From contig NW_015165842.1 of NCBI RefSeq assembly GCF_001447785.1, forward strand, positions 858,499 through 922,498: a stretch of DNA of 64,000 nt. The letters run 5' to 3'. The DNA comes from Gekko japonicus (lineage: Eukaryota). Under the pieces are notes generated by a model. It was not told the DNA's origin. It ran no database searches and saw nothing but the letters and a program-made list of their open reading frames with translations. The translations under genes and the position numbers were made by a program. This document shows, one piece after another, positions 56,552-64,000 of this stretch; within the stretch, counting starts at the first letter, position 1; every line of letters starts with the position of its first letter.

Positions 56552-57521
56552 CATGCATTATTCTTAGTTGTGGCTTTTTTATTTTAAGACGCTTTTTACC
56601 GTCTTGTGTGGCAAACCAAGAATCCCAGGCCAAGTCCAGCTGTCCAGGCTAAACAAGACCTACCTCAACTCTCTATTACCTTTCAGAAGGTGGGCAGGCA
56701 TAGAAAATCTGAGGACTGATATCAGTATGTAAAGGAAAGACCTCTTGAGAGAGCACTACTTGTGTGTGGCAGGCAGCGATAGTGGAGAGTCATTATACCA
56801 CTGGCCAGAGTCTCAAGGGAGAGAGATTGTTCACATGTTGTTATCCAGAGAAGAAGCATGGTTAAGCAGGGAACACCCACTTCCGTAACAAACAACAGAA
56901 ACATCCCCCCCCCCCAAACACACGCAAACAGACGAACAATGTGAAATAATGTGCTGCTTTCCAGACGAACAAGGAATCAAATACATGAAACCACTCATTG
57001 GGTCAGCGTATGTTGTACCATAAGTACACAGGAAAGCCAGTGTGGTTGATCATGTGAGCTGGTCACCTTCCCTTGGTCTAACCTACCTTGCATGGTCAAA
57101 ATGGAGGAAGGGGGATCGCTGTAAACTGCCCTGAGCTGCTTGGAAGAAGAACAGGGGAAAAATGTGGTTGATAGATACGTACACAGTGATACCTTGCACT
57201 GCATACTAAATCTATGCCCTGATTGCATAAATGTGTTATTTGGCTGTAGTTTCAGTCCCATAGAATCCATAGTGGGTTTGCCTTTGACTGGAGAGGTTCG
57301 AATTGCATTCTGTAATGCTAAATGCATGTTTACAATTTATTTCCATGAGATTTACTCACTTTTAATTGCCTTGGAGAATGCAGCCTTCAGATAACAATTT
57401 CAGAGAGTTTGTATTTACCGCATAGTAGAATTTTTAGGTTCTGTGAATCATTGCTAGCTAGTAAAATGGCAGAATGCGGGGGCAGCCGTGTGATTAACCA
57501 AATCTCATATTTCAGGTTGCG

Positions 57522-57626
57522 ATGTCTCCGAGCATCTGTTTCGTGTCCATTGTGTCCAAGCTCAACTTGGTGGTCTTGCTGCTTTCTGTAATAAGCTTCC
57601 CTTCATGCTTAAGCGACAGAGTCACA
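57522..57626 (+). CDS. SIL1: SIL1 first coding exon (signal peptide; exon starts 57516)
   Basis: MSPSICFVSIVSKLNLVVLLLSVISFPSCLSDRVT, 105 coding nt, phase 0; TTTCAG| acceptor and |GTGAGT donor. Confidence 0.85.
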
Positions 57627-58150
57627 GTGAGTGTCCTTAATGATTGCATACTGGAGGAGGTTATACCAGAGAAAGTTCAACCATCAGCATGATTTCAAAC
57701 TGGCAGGATAGGTTTGCTCTCAATTTTCTTCCTCCAGAAGTTAACCACGAGTTTTAGCACAGCTTGCTTAATTTCTGGATCATTGGGGAAAGCTTTAACT
57801 GCAGCTGTCCCCATGGGGGAAAAATTGTTTCAGTGATTAAGTTGATTACACTACTCCCCCCCCCCCCACATATTTGGAAACTTTAGTAAACATGGGAAAG
57901 GAAAAACCCTTTTACATTTAAAACAGCTGTCAGCTTATTAAAGAAGTGAAAGAAAAGGGGGTGAAGTTCTAAGACAGTCTACGGTTTTACTACATGTACC
58001 GTGTTATTGCTATTGGGTAATGCTTGTTCCTTTTCTTCATCTTATTTCACTGTTCCAAATCTCCCCCACACATGTGGCTTTTCCTTCCACTGGTTCTCAG
58101 TTGTGTGTTTACCTGCAAAGGAGGACATTCCTGTATACAGCTTGAATACA

Positions 58151-58617
58151 GTACCTTAGAGACCGTCTCTCCCAGTATGTCCCCCCAAAGGGCATTAAGA
58201 TCAGCAGATAAGAACCTTCTGGTGGTTCCCGGCCCAAAAGATATCCAGATGGCCTCGGCCAGGGCAGAAAAGGCCTTTTCCGCCCTGGCCCCAGTCTGGT
58301 GGAACTCTCTGCTGAGTGACACCCATGCCCTGTCTGATCTATTAAAGTTTCGCAGGGCATGTAAGGCAGAGATGTTCCGCCAGGCCTTTGACTGAGGCCA
58401 GCAGCGGTTCCCTACATCTGCCCGACACCCTCCCCCTCCCCTCCCATGCCTGAATGTTAGCAGTGCCATTTTGTTTTTAAGATGTTTAAATGTTCTGAAT
58501 GTTTTAAGTATTGTGTTTACTCTGTATTTAGTCAAATTGTTGTGAACTGCCCTGAGCCCCACACAAGCAGGGAAGGGTGTTTGAAAAAAAATCTAATCTA
58601 ATAAATAATAAATAAAT
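58151..58617 (+). mobile_element. L2 LINE 3' fragment with (TAAA)n tail
   Basis: P.RALRS.DKNLL.VP...AFSALAP.WWNSL...F.RACK.EMF.QAF. Confidence 0.85.
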
Positions 58618-58779
58618 ATGGGACTGAAGGAAAAAAATTGGGAAAGCATTTCTGCATCAGATTAGAGACAAGCCTCTTCCGTCCCTTTCCTAGCAAGTCT
58701 TGTTTGTGATGGACAGATATCCCAGTTGTCTGGTTCTAATGTATGTATATGTATGTAAAGTATACATATGTATACTTTA

Positions 58780-59003
58780 GGTAAAGGTTCCCTTGCTCGA
58801 AAGCCAGTCGAGTCCGACTATAGGGTTGCGGTGCTCATCTCCGCTTCCAAGCCGAAGAGCCAGCGCTGTCCGAAGACGTTTCCGTGGTCATGTGGCCGGC
58901 ATGACTAAACACCAAGGTGCACGGAACGCTGTTACCTTCCCACCGAAGGGGTACCTATTTATCTACTTGCAATTTCTTGCTTTCGAACTGCTAGGTTGGC
59001 AGG
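58780..59003 (-). mobile_element. Sauria SINE
   Basis: Reverse-complement match to 55796-56085. Confidence 0.85.
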
Positions 59004-59267
59004 ATTGCTAGTATACTTTAGCAAGTGTATGAAAAGTAACCAAATTTGTATGGATTGGTTTAGAAGCAGGAGACGAGAGGTACCAGTGACACATTATCAT
59101 GAGTGTGCTGGGGGCTGGGCAAGGGTTTCCTTTTAACCTCTCCCATTAAAAAAAAATGCTTTTAGGGTCTGCAGATTGTTGTATGAAAAGAATTTTAGGT
59201 GGCTAAATGCGGAGTCTCTGTTCGGGTTTCTAACATCTGGGCTTCTGGATTCCAGTTCACGTGGCCC

Positions 59268-59417
59268 TTGGACGCCGGTTAAAGGGATCAGGTCGTAGGT
59301 GGTGTAAAAGAACTCTGTCTAAGACCCCAGAGAGCTGCAGCCGGCCTGAGTAGACAATACTGATCTTGATGGACCAAAGGTCTGGTTCAGTGTAAAGCAG
59401 CTTCATGTGTTCATGTG
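59268..59417 (+). mobile_element. Squam3-type SINE 3' part
   Basis: GAGAGCTGC.GCC...CTGAGTAGACAATACTGA.CTTGATGGACCAA.GGTCTG.TTCAGT.TAA.GCAGCTTCATGTGTTCATGTG. Confidence 0.75.
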
Positions 59418-59492
59418 ACTCAGCACATGTGTAGAAGTGTCCAGTGCCTTTTTCTGGCCTGCGCTTCTCCTCCTCACTTGAAATAAGAGTGT

Positions 59493-59670
59493 GGCCCATT
59501 TCACACTATTTGCTGCGCAGCCACAATTTTGACCCGCAGCTCCCCCCCCCCCCCGGATTCCCCCAGCATCTTCTCGATCTCAAAAAACAAGGATCAAGAA
59601 GACGCGGGGGAAATTGGGGGGAGCTGCGGGTCAAAATTGTGGCCGCGCAGCGAATAGTGTGAAATTGACC
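59493..59670. mobile_element. near-perfect palindromic MITE (Harbinger-like)
   Basis: Arms GGCCCATTTCACACTAT...GACCCGCAGCTCCCCCC / GGGGGGAGCTGCGGGTC...ATAGTGTGAAATTGACC. Confidence 0.75.
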
Positions 59671-60202
59671 AATGCAAGTGGGGGAAAACGGAAGAGTGAG
59701 GGCGGCACAGCTGCTTGTGGGGAATCGGTCTGTGTCTACCATCACCCTCAGCCTCTGTGATGTGAACCGGGGTGGATAGAGATAGCACAGGTCTCATTCA
59801 AGTCAAGCAGGGTGCAGGCTGCAGGCAGACACTAGGCCCGGTGAGCTCTCGAATCCTGTTATCAGGCGTGCAGTAGAGTCAAGAGACCTTTAAGCTTGGC
59901 ATGGAGCCCCTGACAAACCCACAGTGTCGGGCAAGAAGGACAATGTGATTAAAAGGGGCTTGATTCATGTGGAGACGGCCACCTTCTGTGACTGGTAAAC
60001 CTGGCACTCTCCTGAGGATGGTATGCCGAAGCCTAGAGGCCCTCTGAGGTGTTTTTCTAATTCCATTTCAAGCTGTATGGGCCCTTTCCCAACACTCTGG
60101 AATGGGACTGAGAAAATGGCATCCCATCCCACCTTGAGCTCCCTCCCCTTCCCAGACTCCGCCCTCACCAGGCCCTGCCCCCAAATCTCCAGGCAGTCCT
60201 AG

Positions 60203-60409
60203 CAATGTTCCTTCTAAGATGTGCAGTTCTGTGAGCAAAAATTCTACTTTGTGAGCTACTAGCATTAAAGTTGTGAGCGAGTGATTTGGCCACTGCATAA
60301 ATTTGTTTGCTCTGGAGCCACCCCTTCCTGAGCAAAGACAAAAATGTGTGAGCCGGAGGCTAAAAAACCGTGAACTAGCTCACACTAACTCAGCTTAGAG
60401 GGAACACTG
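60203..60409. mobile_element. hAT MITE copy 3
   Basis: TIRs; TSD-like GTCCTAG / GTCCTAAG. Confidence 0.83.
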
Positions 60410-60889
60410 GTCCTAAGGAATACCCACATAGGTCAATGGGCTGTGTAAGGAGCGGGAAGGGGGTGTAAGAACTTCCTTCTTCCTCTTACATCAGTGGGGC
60501 TCGGCTGACAGAAGATGTAGGAATGCGATATTGTCTCCTTCACCCTTTTCACTGCCTCCCACGGATCTGTCACTTCATGCAGATCCCACAGCTCTGAGAA
60601 TCAACTTTCCTGGAATCAGAAACCACTGTAAGTAGAAGGGAGGGCGAGGGGAGATCCACAGGCCTCCGTTCCTTCCTCTGGCAGATCACGAGATCCAACC
60701 CTATGTATTTAATCAGGGGTATTTAAAAGGCTTTCTCATTGGTATAAAAGTTTGTACTTTTTGGGGGCAGCGGCGGTTGGTGAGTATCTTTTGTGAGTGT
60801 GTGGGTATATGAGCTCGTGAGCCTGGAAGTCAGGGTGACTTCTGGCGACCTCTAGTGGGGCTTGGACATTTCAGAGAGGGGGCTTGATA

Positions 60890-61013
60890 TTGCCAGCCTC
60901 TGTGTCATGGCCCTGGTATTCCTTGGAGGTCTCCCATCCAAGTATTTGCCAGGTTCCTGCTTAGCTTCCGAGGTCTGACGAGATCGGGCTTGCTTGGGCT
61001 GTCCAGGTCAGGG
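60890..61013 (-). mobile_element. 5S rRNA-derived SINE fragment
   Basis: GCCCGATCTCGTCAGACCTCGGAAGCTAAGCAGG...TACTTGGATGGGAGACC on the minus strand. Confidence 0.8.
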
Positions 61014-61093
61014 CATGTGGAATTTTTTCCATTAACAAATAACCTGTATGCATTTGCAAAACAAAAGCTGTTTGTTTTTTTTAATTTACCAAG

Positions 61094-61241
61094 GAGTTTG
61101 CTCTCACAAAAAAAGAAGAGAGCGATTTGAAAGAACAGAACAAGAAAGAGGCAGTGACAGTGGAGGATGAAGAGGAAGAGCTTGATCCTGAAGACTTGGA
61201 AGTGTTTTATCCAACCCATCAGTGGCAAACAGTCCGGCTGG
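61094..61241 (+). CDS. SIL1: SIL1 second coding exon (148 nt)
   Basis: EFALT...[24 protein letters not shown]; CAAG| and G|GTAAGT. Confidence 0.93.
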
Positions 61242-61596
61242 GTAAGTTAAAAGTTGTGCAAATAACCAGAATAATCTGTCACGCTGTACAAATCACACTA
61301 GAGACCACTGTCTTCTTATATAGTTCTACTTACAACCAAAAATGATACACATAACAAATGGTTTCGCCACCATGCATAAATGACACCTGCACCAGTTGAA
61401 TAGTGACCTAATAGTCCTTGAAAGTACAAATCTCTCTTCAGATTGATGGGGTCACTGGCTCACGGTACAGAGAAGAGTTTCCAGAAGAAAGCACGCAATA
61501 GACGTCATTTTGAATTTTGCCAGAGCTGGGTTGAGCTCCATCACTAAGAAAAGCAGCCTCATGAAGCCCTAAGGAATGGCAAAGCAACCTAGACGT

Positions 61597-62231
61597 TAGG
61601 GGTGTGCTAAAAAAAATAATTCGCCCCATTCGGATTTGGCCGAATCGGGCAGAATCAATTTCAGCTGGCAGTAAGACTCCCGCATGTCAGTTTCCTCAGT
61701 AGGAGCCCATTGGGGAGTCTTTCCGCCAGCCAAATGTCAATTTCAGCCCCATTATATCCTATGGGCCATTGAAGTCAATGGCAAAAACATAGGGTATATT
61801 CTGGGGGCTGGAGGGGAGGGGGCTTGAGGGAGAGACTCCAAACTCGCAGGGTAGCTGCTGGAGCCTCTCCCCAAGATACCAACCATGTTTCAAGAGCATT
61901 GGACCAGGGAGTCCAATTCTACGGGTCCTCAAATAGGATGCCCCTATCCCCTCCATTGTTCTCTATAGTGGGAATAAAGTTCTTGGGGAGAGGCTCCAGC
62001 AGCCTGTGAGTTTGGAGCCTCTCCCTCAAACCCCCTCCCCTCCAGCCCCCAGAATCTACCCTATGTTTTCGCCATTGACTTCAGTGGCCCATAGGATATA
62101 ATGGGGCCGAATTCGGTGGCAAGCTGATTCAGATCAGAGAATCTGAATCGGCCTTCAGCAGCCCGAAAGGGGTCCGAATGGGCCATTTTGGGGGGTGCAT
62201 TCGGTTCGGATGAACCGAATGCACATCCCTA
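61597..62231. mobile_element. hAT non-autonomous element with long internal inverted repeat
   Basis: TAGGGGTGTGC / GCACATCCCTA TIRs; TSD CTAGACGT / CTAGGCGT; internal IR about 61742-61870 vs 61984-62111. Confidence 0.85.
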
Positions 62232-62812
62232 CTAGGCGTGCTGTCACTGCTCCTTTCATTCGTGCTACAGCTAGTCTAGAGCTCATGCCGTTAAAACTGG
62301 CTGCAAAAGTTAATTGTTGAATTTAAAGACTGCAGCAAACAAATTTATGCACATAAGTAAAGTGAAAGAAAATAAGATATAATGGAAAAGATATAAAAAT
62401 ATGAAGCACTTTATAGTCTCTTTTAAAAGCACACCACGAAACAAGCTCTTTGCCTGACAAGTTACACAGAAGAGCTTTAATTATGTAAATATGTCTATTA
62501 AATATGTCAAGCACTTCTACACTTAATTTTATTTAGGAGCAGGTTCTGCTGAATACAAGAGGGTTACTTCTGAGTGAACATGCATAGGATTGGGCTGTAA
62601 GTTTTGTAAAATTGATATAAAAATCCATGTACTTAAATATATACCAAGAAACTATAGAAACCGTGCCAATATGACCCAGTACACTAATATAAACTGTTTT
62701 TTAAACACTAGAGTGTATTGTTTTCATTCAAATTTCAACACACTATTAAACAATATACTATTATATTTGGAAGTTTTAGTTGAGATATGTGTAGCACTAT
62801 GAATTGATAAAA

Positions 62813-62885
62813 ACAGGAGGGCCTGGCGAGATCTTGTCCAAGGGGTCGCGAAGAGTCGGACTCGACTGTGCGACTGAACAACAAC
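62813..62885 (+). mobile_element. BovB LINE extreme 3' end
   Basis: GGCCTGGCG...GTCCA.GGGGTCGCGAAGAGTCGGAC.CGACTG.GCGACTGAACAACAAC; 14-bp TSD ATGAATTGATAAAA. Confidence 0.88.
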
Positions 62886-63583
62886 ATGAATTGATAAAAG
62901 TACTAAAATGAGATTGATTTTCTCTTTAGTATAAACTTTGGAAAATTGGGTTATAAGAACAAAAATGAATAATTGCGGTGTCCAACAGATACAATGGATA
63001 GCCTTAGTAGCAGGTGTGTTCGTCTTTAATTCTTTTTTGATCCAGTTATGACATGGCACTACTGAGGTTGTATTGTGACTATTTTTTGTAAATGATGGTT
63101 ATTTTATATCAGTCCATGATCTGAGGAAGACAGTATGATAGGAAGCGAACAAATCTGGAGTCTTTGTCTACTGATCTAGTCATCGGAATTCAGGACTGTG
63201 TTCTTTCCCACTGGGACATTTTGGACTTTAAATGACTATACAGTTGTGCTTCTTTAGCTTATGTTTTATCTTCTACACAAGCCATACTATTTGGATTGTA
63301 TTATTAAATATAATGCTGTAGAATTTTGGAATTTTGTAAAAGACATACAGAAACTGATTTTCCCACATTATAGGATTCTCAGAAAATATTGTGATAAGAG
63401 TGTTTCTCTGATAGTGTATTGTATAATAATGTGTTGAAATTTGAATGAAAACAATGTACTTTAGTGTTTTTATAAAACCAGTTTTTATTAGTGTACAGCA
63501 CCATAGTTTCTTGGTTGTATCTCATTGAACCGTGACCCCTTCTGTGGCTTAAGTATATACCAACAATTCAAATCCTGAGAACA

Positions 63584-63660
63584 GCAGTGTAATCCTAAAC
63601 AGAGTTATACCGTATGAAGTCAGTGGACCTGGGGTATAACTCTGTTTAGGATTGCACTGT
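63584..63660. repeat. short palindromic MITE-like element; degenerate relatives at about 3225, 14450, 46255, 48530, 50340, 50480, 62540
   Basis: CAGTGTAATCCTAAACAGAGTTATAC...GTATAACTCTGTTTAGGATTGCACTG. Confidence 0.7.
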
Positions 63661-63693
63661 AAACGCGTCATAAAATTCTCATGTTGCTTGCAG

Positions 63694-63814
63694 GTCAGGC
63701 TCTTCCTGCAGGATTACATGTGCAGTTAAATCTTCAGACGGGAGAAAGGTTAGCCAGGCTTCCCAGTAATGAAAATGAAAAAACGGATGAGAAAGATCCT
63801 TCAAAAAATAAAAG
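63694..63814 (+). CDS. SIL1: SIL1 third coding exon (121 nt); gene continues beyond the window
   Basis: GQALPAGLHVQLNLQTGERLARL...NK; TTGCAG| and AAG|GTACAG. Confidence 0.93.
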
Positions 63815-64000
63815 GTACAGTAGCTTAAAGAGTTTTTTGTTGTTGTTGTTGGTGGTTTGTTTTTTAAATTGGAAGTTGGCAAGCTTCTGATTCCATCCCC
63901 GCTTTCTTTATTTGAAAAAAGGCCTTCCGTGTATGCTTCTTTACCTAGTTTGGCATTCTATCACTGCTGAATAGCTTGACTTCTGCTGGATTTTATTTTC

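Noticed and set aside
58024-58395. Signal-peptide-like ORF as SIL1 start
   Set aside because: Runs into L2 sequence; the exon at 57516-57626 has correct size, phase and splice sites.

Overview
Vertebrate genomic DNA. The repeat content (Sauria, Squam3 and 5S SINEs, BovB, Penelope, gecko-type MITEs) points to a squamate reptile, probably a gecko. The window holds the conserved SIL1-(SNHG4)-MATR3-PAIP2 syntenic block. MATR3 is complete on the minus strand: non-coding exon 1 near 49.3-49.45 kb and 14 coding exons from ATG 32987 to TAA 14076, about 879 aa, with one N-gap in exon 2. The first four exons of SIL1 lie on the plus strand from a bidirectional CpG island near 52.4 kb. A CpG-island promoter and first exon at 7.4-8.3 kb is assigned to PAIP2 by synteny only. 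Between and within these genes are an S100A6 processed pseudogene with TSDs, a structurally complete but dead 5.2-kb DIRS1 tyrosine-recombinase retrotransposon, a solo LTR, many Penelope-like termini with minimal hammerhead ribozyme motifs, nested LINE insertions and hAT/Harbinger MITEs. I found no clearly new multi-gene system. The best leads are candidate unannotated poison or alternative exons in MATR3 introns 2-3, hammerhead-bearing Penelope ends clustered next to the CpG-island promoters, a hAT MITE carrying an ETS/ATF/octamer cassette, and an apparently missing SNORA74 at its syntenic site.
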